Position numbers and translations under genes: made by a program
In this document: piece by piece, positions 43,319 to 56,385 of the stretch
Layout: the number at the start of each line of letters is the position of its first letter
Numbering within the stretch: position 1 is the stretch's first letter
The notes under the pieces: generated by a model
What the model saw: the letters and a program-made list of their open reading frames with translations, nothing else
The model's database searches: none
What the model was told of the DNA's origin: nothing
NCBI GenBank assembly: GCA_050084515.1
Contig: CM114271.1
Span: 21,204,001-21,268,000 of the forward strand
Reading direction: 5' to 3'
Source: Blasia pusilla
Lineage: Eukaryota
DNA length: 64,000 nucleotides

Positions 43319-43709
43319 GCAACAATCTGCCGAGCTTTGAATCGAGGGAAGGACAGGTGGGGCATATCCGACATTGCCGGAACGATCTCCTTGTTGCCGT
43401 ATTGTTGTGCGGTACTGGTGTGACCGAAACTGTTCTGCGGACGCCATCTAGCCATCTGGGTGGTCCCATACACTTTGCTGGACTGGTGGGCCCCAGCCTG
43501 GCAACCCTGTCACTGACTCGCTCGCTGTTACGGGGTCGGGAAGGAACGTTCTTATACCGAGGGAAGTCCTTGCAACTGCCAAGACTCGCGGCCCCTGACT
43601 GGCAGTTGGCCGTGGCGTGGGATCTCCGCCATCGCGAGTTGACCGCGACGGCAATGTCGGATATGCCCCACCTGTCCTTCCCTCGATTCAAAGCTCGGCA
43701 GATTGTTGC
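43319..43709. repeat. Perfect 61-bp inverted repeat with a 269-bp spacer
   Basis: 43319-43379 is the exact reverse complement of 43649-43709. Confidence 0.95.
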
Positions 43710-44353
43710 GTTCTTGGATCATGATCGGTGACCTCCTCTCGGCGTTCTCCTGCGTGTGCTTCGCTTCCGAGCGGTGCGTTATCGATTTTGTTTCCCAGGC
43801 TCGCCTGTGTTGCAGAGAGAGAGAGAGAAAATCAAGGGATTCGGGGGAGGGAATGAATCACATGCATTATTGTCCACGAGGAGCCCAAGGGCCGTCGGAC
43901 CTTGATTAGCTCATTGAGAGAGAGAGAGAGAGAAGTGACTAAGGAAAGCGCACACGGCAAGAGGAGTGGGAAGGATTGTGCTGGCGGGAGGAGTGCGAGG
44001 TTGCGATCGGCGTACTCGTAGTCGACAGAAACGTTGAAGAGGAGGAAAGGGATACGAATTGCGAGGCCTGTTGCAGTGCTGCTGCTGCCGCGGAAGTAGG
44101 AATCCTGCGACTCGGCCGGAGCTCTTCGCGTCGTCCAGACCTCCGACTGCAAGGCTTCACCGCTCTCTCCCTACTCGTAGAGATGGTGAGAGCCGATCGG
44201 CGCACCGGAATCGGAAGCAGACACGTACAGATGGCGGGCGTGGTCTCCGAGCTCACGCGTCCGAGAGTGTGCGGAAGCGTCTGAAACGAGCGCGGGTCGG
44301 GGAGTAATCGCGGGAGGAATCGGTCTCCGACACGTTAGAGTCCGAGTCTCGAG

Positions 44354-45517
44354 ATGCTCGGCAAATTGCTCAGCAAGTGTCTGAGTTCGACGGGAGGGAA
44401 GGCGCTACGAGGCAACGACGGGAAATTCGAGTCGCTGTACGGGAGTCTGGCGAGCGGGATCGCCCGACTGGATGGGTTACTGGGCGCGGAGCCCGTTCCC
44501 CGATTCAGCATCCAGTGGATGCAGCTGGCGATGGAGTTCATCCAGTTCCTCCACTCCGCCGTGTTCCTCCTGGTGGAACAGACATGGCGACCGGCTCGGG
44601 AAACTCCTGGCGTCGTGGACATGGTGGACACGTACACCGACATGTCGAGAAAACTCCTAGACATGTGCAATTACATCAAGCAGGGCATCGACCAATTGGA
44701 GTCCTGCCAGATGTCCTTGGACCTCTGCCTTTCCACCCTCGTGTCGGGAATCGAAATCCTCGCAGTCCCACAGCACTCGACATCGCTTCCGGACTCCGCC
44801 ATCAGCAAGGTCGCGTCTTGCGTCGGCCAGCTGGAGAGGATGCAGGGCCGCACCAGTCGGAATTTGTGGGCGGAGATGCTGGCGAAGCTCGACCAGAGCG
44901 GCAAGAGCAGGCGGAGTGAAAAGCTCGTACATTTGCTGCAAAGATCGCACAGCGTGCTGCCGTCTACATCTCACCACCACAACAGTAGCAGCGATAGCAA
45001 GAAGGCGGCGGATCTGTCCGCAGTGATCATGGACGTTCAAGTGGTCGCGAGCTTCTTCTCGTGCTTGGTTCTGTGGGCGCTCACAGACCCGTCCGAGCGC
45101 TTCCGGTTCGCTTACCAGGTGGACGGGTCCATCGCCAACTTGACGGCGCAGTCGTGGGCAGCCTCGCTCTTGCGCTTGAACGAGAGGATGGTGTCGAGCT
45201 CGAGCAAACCCAAGGAGTCATCGAAGGGATCGCTCGCTCTGGTAGAGGTCCGCGAAGTGCTGGACTCGATCCGCGAATTGGCCGGGAAAATGGAGGTCGG
45301 ATTGAAGCTGCAGCAGCCGGAGGATGGCGATGGAGGGGGGGAGCGGGGCGTGCGAGCGATGGCGGAGAGCGCCAAGGCCAAGTTGGAGAAGATCAGGGAG
45401 GCCGTGCAGACGCTATCAATGCAGACCACCGAAACGTTTTCGGCGATTATTCAATGCCGCAAGAGAGTTTTGGACGCGGTCGTCGACAGTCAATTGCCTC
45501 GAGCCGTTACGCTATAG
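44354..45517 (+). CDS. BPS1 (BYPASS1)/ROH1-like DUF793 family protein, intronless, 387 aa
   Basis: FSIQWMQLAMEFIQFLH, MVDTYTDMSRKLLDMCNYIKQGIDQL, SWAASLLRLNERM and C-terminal FSAIIQCRKRVLD match the conserved blocks of this family. Confidence 0.85.
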   Translation: MLGKLLSKCLSSTGGKALRGNDGKFESLYGSLASGIARLDGLLGAEPVPRFSIQWMQLAMEFIQFLHSAVFLLVEQTWRPARETPGVVDMVDTYTDMSRKLLDMCNYIKQGIDQLESCQMSLDLCLSTLVSGIEILAVPQHSTSLPDSAISKVASCVGQLERMQGRTSRNLWAEMLAKLDQSGKSRRSEKLVHLLQRSHSVLPSTSHHHNSSSDSKKAADLSAVIMDVQVVASFFSCLVLWALTDPSERFRFAYQVDGSIANLTAQSWAASLLRLNERMVSSSSKPKESSKGSLALVEVREVLDSIRELAGKMEVGLKLQQPEDGDGGGERGVRAMAESAKAKLEKIREAVQTLSMQTTETFSAIIQCRKRVLDAVVDSQLPRAVTL

Positions 45518-46099
45518 TGTCGATCAAACATCAAACTTTCCCATCGCCATCCGCATCCGGTCCCTCATCCTAGAGCTCAATTTTCAAGCCCATGGTGTGA
45601 CTCCTCTCTTAAGATGATTTCGGTTTGATGCGCTTCTCTGCTGTGAGTACATCCTTTAGGATTTCATTTGTATCTGTCGGCTGCTTCCAGGTTCCCACTG
45701 GCCTCACTATGGGAAGTTTGTTTGCTTTCACTCTAACCTCGTCTTCTCGTGCTTCCATTCTCACGCAGGTGCGCTGCGTTTCTCACCCTGTTCTGTCAAT
45801 CCGGATATGTGGATGGCCCTGCTTTGGATCCAGGATAGCTACTCTGAAGGCACACAAATACGTCTGCGGTTCCATTACAAGAGTTTATGGTTGCCAGCTC
45901 CATGGTCGACTCGGGAGTGATGTATGTCGGATGCAGCTGGAGGAGGGTAAGGCATCCATAAATACGAAAGGGGGATGGGAAAAGAACCATGAAGAAAACG
46001 CCGTCAGGTAAGTGGGCTCACTGCTGTAATGCGGTTGAGTTGCCCTGTCGGATTTGGCCCCCTTTCGTTCGAAGGAGGACTGGATTTTCTCACTTAAAT

Positions 46100-47640
46100 A
46101 CCTGCAATTGTGGATATTCCCATGTTAGACGAGTCGTAGTGCTGTAAAGACTTGTAGAAGTGCTCACTTGCTGGAGAAAGCGGAACCGAACTGACAGAAA
46201 AAAAATTCGTGTCGATGAGCTAGTTCCAGTGTTGTTATGTTGGGCTCCCTTGGATGCTGGAAATGTCAAGATTTTAAATATGCTCACTTGCTGGAGAGAG
46301 TGGAATCGAAGGAACAGAAAAAAGTTTCGACGATGAGTTAGTTCCAGTGCTGGTATGCTGGGCTCCCATGGATACTGGACATGCACAGATTTGTGGAAAA
46401 GTAGTTCGCTTGCCGGAGAAAGTAGAATCGAACTATCATGTTAATGAGCTATTGCCGTTGCTAGTGTTTTGACCTCCCTTGGAAACTGGACATGCAAAGG
46501 TTAGTAAAAGTGGTCACTTGCTGGAGAAAGTGGAACCAAAGTAACAGAAAAAAATTTCACGTCGATGAGTGAGTTCCAGTGTTGGTGTGTTCATCTCCCT
46601 AGGATACTGGACCCGCAAAATTTGTGAAAGTGTTCAGTCGTTTGCGAAAGTGATGGAAAGAGGTGCAACGTCGATGATTTACTTTGTGTGCGGGTTTGTG
46701 GAGCTCTCATGGATACTCGACGTGTAAAGATTCGAAAAAGTGGGAAGTTCTTGAGAAAATGGGCTGAAGTGACGGAAAAAGCTGCAACATTGATGAGGTT
46801 GAGTGCTGGTATATTGAGCCCCATGCCTAGATTTGTAAAAGCGCCGAGTTGCTGGAGAAGTTGCAACCCAAGGGGTCAAGAAAAAGTCCCATGTTGATGA
46901 GCTGAAATTTTGGGTTTTTAAGTCCCGTGGATGGTGGACGTGTAAAGAATCACAAGGTGCTCACTTTCAGGAACAAAAGGGACGGTTGCGGGAAAGGGTT
47001 GCCTCAATCATTTTCAGTGCTGGGACGTGAAGATTCATGGATGGGGAAAGGGCTCATCTTTGTGAAGTTCTCCTGTACAGTAGAAGTGTGAGGAAGAAAT
47101 ACCGTATTCAAGAGGAGAACTGCCGGTATTAAAACTTCATGGATGATCGCCATGCAGCTAGTGGAGAAAGTGGCACAAAGAAACGCGTTTCTATTGATGT
47201 TTCTACTGTTGGAAATTGAAATCCCATGGATACTCTACATGCAAGAATTTGAATAAATATTCTATTGTAGCTGAAAGTTGAAGGATACACCATGAATTCC
47301 AATATTCGTATAAAAAAATTCCATTTACACTCGAAACGTGAAGATTTCTGAAACATATTAACTCCACGACAACGGGATGGAAAGCAATTCTATGTTGATA
47401 TACCTGTTAACTGGACTTGCAAAGATTTGGGAACTTGGAACCTAAATGGTGGTGTGTGAATCCCCATAAGTAGTCGTCGTGAACAGGTTTGTCCATTTGC
47501 CTGAGAAATGAGGGCCGAAGTGACAGGAGGAACCACCGGAGTCCCATAGTACTGGACGGCAAAGATTTATTAAAAGCGTGCTCGCTTGCTGGGAAAGTTG
47601 AAAACTAAGTTACAGTGGCTTGTTGATGAGTATCAGACGT
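46100..47640. repeat. Degenerate minisatellite, unit about 110-120 bp, roughly a dozen copies
   Basis: Recurring cttgctggagaaagtggaa...gatgagct..ttccagtg...ctcccatggatactggacatgcaaaga, with anchors near 46167, 46287, 46409, 46517, 46849, 47160 and 47586. Confidence 0.8.
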
Positions 47641-47706
47641 CACTTCATGATCTTGGGGCACTCAGGTCCCAAGTTCCATGAGTAAAACTTGGGTAATCAA
47701 GCCCGT

Positions 47707-50700
47707 TCACGCATCGAAAATAAGAAGCTGCTTTGGTGCACTCCCATGCATACCCAAGGACTTCTGCAGAGCCAAGTCAAAGGCAGAAAACGGCACCTTC
47801 TCCATTCTGTGAATCTCAGCAAGGCCTTTCGTTAGACTCTGCGGTAGTCACACCACATGGTAGAGAAGATGGGTAGAGAAGATGACAATACGATTGCAAA
47901 GGGCCAACTCAACGATTAAGATCAACAAGGAGAATCAACAGAGGAGGTCAAAAGGATGAGTGTACTAACGAGTATTTCAGATGTCCATCCCGGGCAAGTT
48001 CAAGCAAATAGTTGGTCATACTGAGGTATTCCGCTTGAGTATGTTTGGTGAGCCACTTATGTAGCCAAAACCCGTTCAGCTGCACATCCTGCAATGGATA
48101 CATCAGAGCAACATACAGCGTTAGAAGTGGTCCTGTATGCAAGTTGCACGCGAGTTTATATAATGGATGAAAGCAAAACCCTAAAATTCTACTCGGAATT
48201 TTAAGGAAGACCTTGAAGATGAGAGCAGAAGTGGACACAGTTATTGGCTTCTTCGCCATTCCCCCGTAGGTCACCATTGTCCCGCCTTCTCTGCGTATGA
48301 CGACACCAAAAGTTAAGGATGCGAGGTACTCCTGAATTTGGAGAGTGAAATTGATGACTGCGGAGACGAAGATTCATGGAATTAAATGGATAGAGATTCA
48401 GACAACCTCACCCAAGAAGCTTCAAAACTGCTGATGCTGCAGATCCACCTACGCAGTTGAGACCCAATCTAGGCCCAGACTTTCCAGCCTTCACCAGTCC
48501 CAAAATTCACTTGAGTTACACGAGAGAACACAAGAATGAGGTTCATTGTGACATAGCAAGTAATCTCAGGGGTTTGTTCCCTTGACTTTCTTGTATCCTT
48601 TAGTCAGTACTGTAGTTCCAACTGAGAATCTCAATGAGGTCTCCGACACTTGGTGATCCACTCAGATACGTTTGAAACTTGGAGGAATGAAAAATAGATA
48701 ATTAGATTGTCCAATTCGAAATCTGATTCACAAGGCCTCATGTCAAACCAACGGAGGAAGTAGCACTTACAAAAAGCTCCTTTCTGTCAATGCTCTCCCA
48801 TTCCACGTCGGTGAAGACGTGTGTCGCACCAAGTAACTTAAGTTGGTTTTTGACATCTTCAACATTGGCCCTACTCACATTCAATGCATGCTCCCATAAC
48901 TCGTCAGAATCTCTTGCATTAGTCATGTTATCATTGAGAGGGTGGTGACAAACAGTTGCGTTAATACATTGCGATGATCTGTGCTTCCTGTTTCTACGTG
49001 AACAAAATTAGGAATTTGTTGAGCTCTCTAACCAATAAAACATGTCGAAAAGGAGCATGACAATCGATAGAGTATCTACAGATGATAAAAATATCTATCC
49101 TCGAACATTCAGGATTTCTTGAGATAGTTGAACAATAAACCATGTCACCGAGAAACATGAGACTGGATATCGTCTATGGTATGAGCGGAGCATCTAACCG
49201 CAAATGACGTTGAGCATCACTAAAACAAAACCTATCAAAAAGAAGTATGAGGGTAGATATAATTAATCTACATACGACTGAAACAACCAGTCATGTTTGA
49301 AAATAGGCTTGTCGCTTGCCCCACAAACTGCAGGGGATTCTATAGACAACATTCCTATTCTTAATGAGAGTCAGGTAAGGAAGTGTCAGTGCAAAGGTAA
49401 GAGTGCCTGGCTCAATTCAAGCATTAGGATCGCAGGGCACGCTATGCTTTCTGTTAAGACAAATGGACATGCAAAAGCATTTATGGTCTGAAGTGGGAGC
49501 AAACAAATAGGAGAGACAGTACCTGTCCCTAATAAGGTTGACAGTCTGCAAACCCCACTTGTGAGCTAGTTGAATGACACATTGTCCAACCAAGCTGGTT
49601 GCTCCATTCTGTACCACCACGTCCCCTGAACCCCAATTCAAACATTCTCCATCAGCTAGAACGCTGCGAGGCAGTTCTTGAATGCTGTGGCAATTGATCA
49701 TGGTGTTATCCAAAATTCCACACGCTTTGGGAAGAATCTTTTCTTGCTGACTCGTGCTTTTGCCTCCAAACTGGTGGACTTATCCCATCTTCAGGAGATT
49801 ATCAAGCCTATTTTAATGACAGAAGCTCCAAAGTAGACAAACCAGCCTCAAGTGTCACGAAATCTTTCAGCATCCGGAATGCTGTGGTAGGGTTGATAGA
49901 AATCGTTGCAGAGTATTCTACAGGTACGTCCTTTGGAACCTTGTACCACACAGCCTCTTTCCCAATAACATATGTAGACCATGTCCCTGCAAGTCAAGAC
50001 AAGGTTAGCAGCTCTTAGACCAATGTTATGCTCTCATTTCCTTGAGACTGGTTCATAAAACCAGGGTAGTCATAGCTGAATGAGAACATAACTTCAGGTG
50101 AGTGTTTGACTTAAAGAGACTTAGAAGTTATGGTGTTCCATTTCCATGCAAAAAGAAATCAGTGAGGTTGAGAAGGCTCGGGAAGTCAAACCAACAGTTG
50201 AATGGGCTGGCACCACCCAATCATTCACTGCCACGCTTCGCACGTCAGGAGCCACAGCTATGACTGAAGCTACACCTTCATTCCCTCCAATGGCAGGGAA
50301 ATCGGAGGGTTTCACTGGGTAGACCCCTGCAAACCAGATTCATTCTAGTGCATCAGTGAGCTGACAAGAGTATTCACCATATATACATGCTATACAAGTC
50401 AGAAACTATCATGGATGGATCTTGCGAGGCCTTTTATTAGAGAACCAAGAATGACAGAACATAGAATTATGCCTCCATGACTCTCCTCTTCAAACTTCCT
50501 CCCATTGTTTTGCTTCGAAGGGATTCCATTTTGAGCCCATAAGAATATCTCCCCCCTACTCCAATCCAGCGTTTTGATTGGCTGAACCCTCTTTTCAAGA
50601 AAAGAATTCCAAGAGTTCTATGGCATGAAAGGGTTCTGTTAAATGTGGAAGTGGGATCCACACTCATTTATGCTCTGAATTACAGACGATTATGAACAGT

Positions 50701-52518
50701 TTCTGTGAGCTGTAGTTTTGAAAGATGAAAACGGATAACTGAAACTTCATAACTGGGCATAAAGACATACGAAAATCCAAATTGGTGCGTGGTCACCCAT
50801 CGTCTTCCTTGGTTACTCACAGGGAATTCGGAATTTGTTTATCGGGATGGCAAGTGGTTGGAATTTCGAGTCTCTTTCATGAGAGGAATGGAGACGAAGA
50901 TGGAGAAAAGCACTCGATAAAGAGGGTGATGGCATGAACACCATCAGATTTCATTTCTGTTTTGTTCGTGTACCAACTCTCTTGTCTACTCGTCTGCTGA
51001 TGAGCCCAGAACTCTATCAATTGGCTCATGAACTATGAGAGGAGCCACTTGCCCCCTATCAATACTTGAAACGGAACGACACCAGTTAGAAAATACCTTC
51101 AATTTTGTTGATGTCAGATGGATTGATTGGTGCCGCCAACATCTTGACACATACTTCCCCGTCCTGAAGTTTCCTCCCAGGTATTTCCATGGATCTGCTC
51201 AGAAACAACCAGATATGGAAACCTTACCAGCCAGAGCAAGTTGTGACCAAGGCAGCGACACTCTATCCGTGACCTGTCCTGTCTGTTGTACTTTCAAATC
51301 CTAGCCAGAAGACCTGCTGGAGGACGGGGCTGCACTACTAGGTATAAAAATTTCTTTGAATAAGATGGCTAATTTCCAAGGACCATGATTGACATGGAGC
51401 GGCAGCTGTGTTCTTCACCTACAGCAAACTGTCAGCTACTTGAAACGGTTCAGAGAAACGAATGAAATTGTGATGTTATCACGGTAAGATTCACTTCTAC
51501 ATATGAAACCTTTCTCTGATAGCCACTTGCCGACGAACATGACGGAAAGTGCACGTACAACCCATTACTGGCTGGAGAAAACTGTCACTTCGTTCAAAGA
51601 CTTTTCTCCAACTAAGTGTGGTATGCAAGCCACAAATGTAGCTGGATGAGAAATGCACTATTATCTATGAAATATTTCTATGACGATCACTTTCCAATCA
51701 ACAGTACAGAAATTACACCTCTGCCTGTGTACTTTTACCTTTAAAAAACTAGCAGCTACTCGAAACAGTCAAAGAAACTCATAAAAACCTGATGCACACG
51801 TCTTCTTCATCGAATGTAGTGGTTGGAATAATGCAGGTGTGGTATTGGGTGACAGAGACATGGGGAGCAGTCTGGAGAGATTCACAGTCAGATGACGTTC
51901 GAATGGTTCCCAAAACAAGCGTATGAAGTGGAAACTAGTCCAACAGTCCGTCCATAGCCAGAGATAGCTTAACAAAAGTGGGTAAGAATTGGAATACAAT
52001 CGGAAATCCAGATTAGCCATGAGAATGAACAAATGAATAGAGGAACACACAAATTGTGAGTTATTGAACGAACGAACAAATGAATAAATGCGAGTATGAC
52101 ATGGTAGGAAAGATCCAGGCTCGCAATGAGGAAGTAGGGGTTCTTAACGTGAGCATCGACTTTCCATTCCATCCGGACCACTCCACCGATGCGCAATTCA
52201 AACTTTCCATAGAGACCATTCACTGTAGCATTCCAACACGCAATGGAGAGCCATCGATCCGCATTAATCCCCATCTCTATGAGCTACGAGCTAATAAAAT
52301 ACAGCTGAGGAATAAAGGACTGACTTGAGAACGCGATCCGGAGCTCCATGAGAGTCGTAAACAAAAGCCTGTGCTGAAGGGGAGTGGAAGGCCGACGACG
52401 AATAGGAGCGAGTCGAGAAGTGGAGAGAGTGTGGGAAACGATGGAGATCACTGGATCTTCTGCGCACCACATGGAGCAGCATTCGGCTCAAGGAAGAAGA
52501 AGAAATAGCAGTAGCCAT
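47707..52518 (-). CDS. MECR: Mitochondrial trans-2-enoyl-CoA/enoyl-ACP reductase (MDR superfamily), about 382 aa, 10 exons
   Basis: Exons 52518-52325, 51194-51097, 50326-50192, 49986-49843, 49625-49523, 48870-48771, 48488-48412, 48290-48212, 48088-47970, 47806-47707 (1149 nt). Motifs VCVKMLAAPINPSDINKIEGVYP, PAIGGNEGV, INPTTAFRML, VVQNGATSLVGQCVIQLA, LGLNCVGG, MVTYGGMAKKP. Ser/Arg-rich N-terminal transit peptide. An in-frame upstream ATG exists at 52614. Confidence 0.95.
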
Positions 52519-52849
52519 GGTTGGTGCTGTCGATCTCGATCGCAACAAGCCCTGAAGCAGCCCCGCAATCTGATGATTCTTCAAGAGAAGAAGTCCACGA
52601 GCCCCGAACTCCAAATGGAATATTTTCTGTTCTGGTCAACTCACCTCTAAGAAAGCAAGCACACACCCCTGTCAATGTATACTTTGCGCGATACTATAGC
52701 TTTAGCTCGGATTCTGTGCTGCCAGAAATGACTCTCTGACAGGCACATCCGCCTCCTGCAATAGTGCCCTACTCCTTCAGTGTTCTCCCATCTGCTTTTA
52801 TGAAGGTTTCGCTGCTTTACTCCTTCGGTATCAGTCTTGTGTTTTATAG

Positions 52850-53600
52850 AGCTCGGGTTCTATACCGAAGAGTGGGACTCTGGTGGATGCGAGCTTATGT
52901 TCCAGGGGAGAAGAAGCAATTCAGTTGACGAAGCCTAGTTGGTGTTTTCCAACTTGGGCACTTAGTGAGAAGAAACTCCAGTAGGCACTGCCAGAAATGA
53001 CTCCCTAGGACCCAAGCCACAGCACCGAAGTTTGGCGTGTGCGAGCTTGGGTTTCTGGGGAGAACAAACAATTCAATAGAGGAAGTCTGGTGTGTATAAG
53101 CTGAGATTCCAGGATAGAAGAATGAATTCGATAAGCGGAGTCTGGTGTATGCGAGCTTGGGTTCAGGGAAGAATCAACACTTCAATGCGAGAGATCTGGT
53201 TGGTATGTGCGAGCTTGAGTTCCAGGTGAGAACTTGCCCAACAGGCGATGGTTCCAGGAGGTAAGACACAACCCAATAGACGAAGTATGCTTGGTGTGTT
53301 TGCGCTTAATCGAGTTCCGGGAGAGAGGAAAATGTCAGATTGGCGATAAGTCTCATGTGTTGGAGCGTGGTTTCCAGGAGAGAAGAAAGAAGTAGAACGT
53401 AAGAAGTTTGGTGTTTAAGAAAATTGGGTTCTCCATGCCAAGAGCAGCAACAATTCACCGGGAGGAAAGGTGAAACCATCCATAAATAAATAGAGGGTGA
53501 GAAAATCCCATCAAGTAAAAACCATGGGGACCCGAAGGGGATAAGTCAAGTACGAACAAGCCAAGTTTCCAGGAGAGAGAAGGAACAATCTACTAAGCCC
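52850..53600. repeat. Degenerate minisatellite, unit about 55-60 bp, upstream of MECR
   Basis: Recurring tctggtgt.tgcgagcttgggttccagg.gagaagaa...aattcaa.ag..gaag. Confidence 0.7.
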
Positions 53601-55074
53601 ATCAAGGATGGAGAAAGCCAACGAATAGTCTAGAGATCCACTGGGAACAGATCCAATCAGCCAGGAGGGAAAATAAAACGACCTTTGCCAGACTTACTTG
53701 GTTCTAGGAAAGTAGAGACCATCCAATGAAACTTGGAAACTTGGGAAAAAGCCCATTGAAAAAGACTTTCGGTTCAGCAGTCTGCTGTGTTAGTACCAGC
53801 TTGTGTTATGGGAGAGGGAGAAAAGAGAACTTGCATGAAAATATTGATGGGCGAAGCTCATGAACAAAGAAAAAGTTAAAGCTGGGGAGAGCTTAACAAG
53901 ACTGGTGAGGAGAGGGTATAGTAGAAGTGGAGGCAAAGCACGCACTCAAAGTTCACTCATACCCTCCCCTCTATGCTCCAACAGGCTTGGCGCTGTGCAG
54001 CTGAAAGCATTTCGGGGTATGATGTCGCCTTCCTCACAAACCTCAAAGGTTGGCGTGAGAACTGAATTTGCAAGAAAGCCACTGGAAGATAGACGTGACA
54101 TTGCCAAGGTGCAGTGGCAGGGGGAGCTGGAAGCACTTGCCCCACAACGATAGCCTAAGGTGTTGTGGAGACCGCTTGCACAGGATGCGTAGAATGCAGT
54201 GAAGCTGGCCAGATCTTCGACATAAAATATTCAAGAAATTGTGAGTTCCACAAAGCTGCGCTCCCTCCTCTACACTGAGTGTTAGTGGGGATCGTTTGGA
54301 CGTGAAGGGGCCCGTGAAGCTAGCTAGCCAAGATATTGTTACTTCGACAACGCTCCCTGGAGAACGTGAACTTTGGGAGCAAGAGGGCAAATCCTTTGCA
54401 CATATATTGTCTTAAGTATGGCAACCAAACCTGAAGACCTTTCTCCCTTGAATGTTTACCAAGACATTATTCCCTTTTGAACCAGTATGCGCCTTATGTT
54501 TGGACGCACTAAACACTAATACAGTTTGGAATAACACGGCGAGGAATAACAGTCTCTTCTCTGTTAATATATTAACACTGACATGGTGGACATTAACACA
54601 GAGAAATTATTGGGAAAGTTCATATTCACCGTTAGAAATTTCATATCCTAGGGTTGAGATCCCTCGAAAAAAACTTGCATTCTACAGGTTCTGTACTCAG
54701 AGTCAAGTATTGTCGGGGCAGTAACTACTTTATGTCGAGACGAGAGAGCATAACTCAAAGCATCCGAGATAACTTATTTGACATTACAGCCATGGTATAC
54801 TTCCAAAATAATCCAAATTTTCACTCATGCATGTAGAGTTCATTTACTCTTACAAACATTTTCAATTTTTTGAAAATAGCTTAAAGTTTTCTCGTTCTCT
54901 TTTTTTCTTTTTTCTTTTTTCGTTTTTAGATTCTGCAGTGGTCGTAAAGAGGATCATGAAAGTGATCAGACGCATGACAATTGTGCCATGCAACCGATCA
55001 CTTTATGTTGTTGTGTAAGGGAGAGTGATCGGTTGCATGACCACTATGAGTTCATGCGACCGATCACTTTCACT

Positions 55075-56385
55075 AGTAAACCTCTATGATTGAAAGTGTG
55101 TGACTTGATAAGAAGATGAGTAGAAGTAGAATGTTGCAATAAGAACTATTTGGAATAACAACCCTGTACATGAGCAAAGGGAGCACAAGTATTACTAAAG
55201 CCACCATGACGCAAAAGTGTCTAAGAGAGCATACCTCCCTTTTGCATTCTTCTATTGGGATCCAAAATACATGAGCATGATAAATGTGGGGTTTGTCGTA
55301 GACTTTGGAACCACAACTTATGTGAACCAGAAGAATGTAGAGAGGAACTTTTCATGTTCCTTGTGATGGTCAAAGATGGATTTCAAAGCTACATTGTAGA
55401 CCTAGGATTTTACTATTGGAGCAACACTCTTTTGGAAGAACAAAGTGTGTATACACTAAACTTGGATAAGCAGGAAATAGAGAACAACCTTGCGGTTTTG
55501 GAATATGGCTTCACGCCTTTGTAATCGACTATCGCCCAACTATTTTTCATGAAGTGAATGCTCACTCCAAGAAGTTGATAGGGAATACTCTTCCAAGTTT
55601 CCAACTCAAGGTTGTTCTAGGAAGGTCAATCTCAAACAACTAGCCCACAATAAAAAAGATGTAGGTTATCATGAGTGAGGAAATCCAAAACACTATGTGT
55701 GTCAAACATGAAACCTAAGTCAATGCCATCAATCAATATCAAAACTCCAATGACTTCAAGGGAAGTTATGCCAAAGGAATTTCAATGGTAGGGCAGAGAC
55801 AAGAGACATGAACAGATACCACATTTGCCATTGAAAACAAGTACAAAAGTCAGTGGGTATATCCAATGACAATTTGTTGGATATTAAGTGTTTCATCTAT
55901 CGTGAAGATGATCGAACAGGTAGGATTCACATAATCAAAGAGATTGATCAACTCCACATGGCCATGGAGAATGCATGTGAAAGAATTGCTTCTTGACAAT
56001 CCTCATGCCCTCACCATGCTATTTTGTGTTATTCCAGTTATTGTGCTTTAAGGTAACAATGGGATCTTTCTAAACCACACGCATTCAAGTATCATTTATT
56101 TGGAAGAAACCATGCTACATGGGCAAAGAGAGACCTTTACAATACCTACAGAAAGGCAAAATGGTCTTGTTGGAAATGTTGGGTCTATGAAAGTCTTCCA
56201 AATGAGGAGAAGAAAACCCTAGCTTGACAAAGAGAAAAAGAAAAACATGAAAACAATAGAGAGGATAACAACTTTTCATGAGCTCTTTATTAAATGTTAA
56301 GAAGTCCGATCTCCTCAATTGAGGGATGAATGCAAGAGGGAGCGCAGATTGGCCAATCGATTGGATTCTTGGAGACATAAAGAGT
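55075..56385 (+). mobile_element. Highly decayed, probably retrotransposon gag-like sequence
   Basis: Broken reading frames (FQSYIVDLGFYYWSNTLLEEQSVYTLNLDKQEIENN) next to other elements; no splice structure and no diagnostic motif. Confidence 0.3.

Noticed and set aside
43010-43447. 145-aa minus-strand ORF with Gln-rich end as a protein-coding gene
   Set aside because: No domain recognised and it overlaps the inverted repeat; it may be untranslated leader sequence.
40547-44300. MADS-box exon upstream of the K-box-like helix
   Set aside because: No MGR.K/I..I.N..RQVTF-type sequence found by eye on the minus strand.
44377-45573. Long alternative-frame ORFs over the BPS1-like gene
   Set aside because: Expected shadows of a GC-rich coding sequence.
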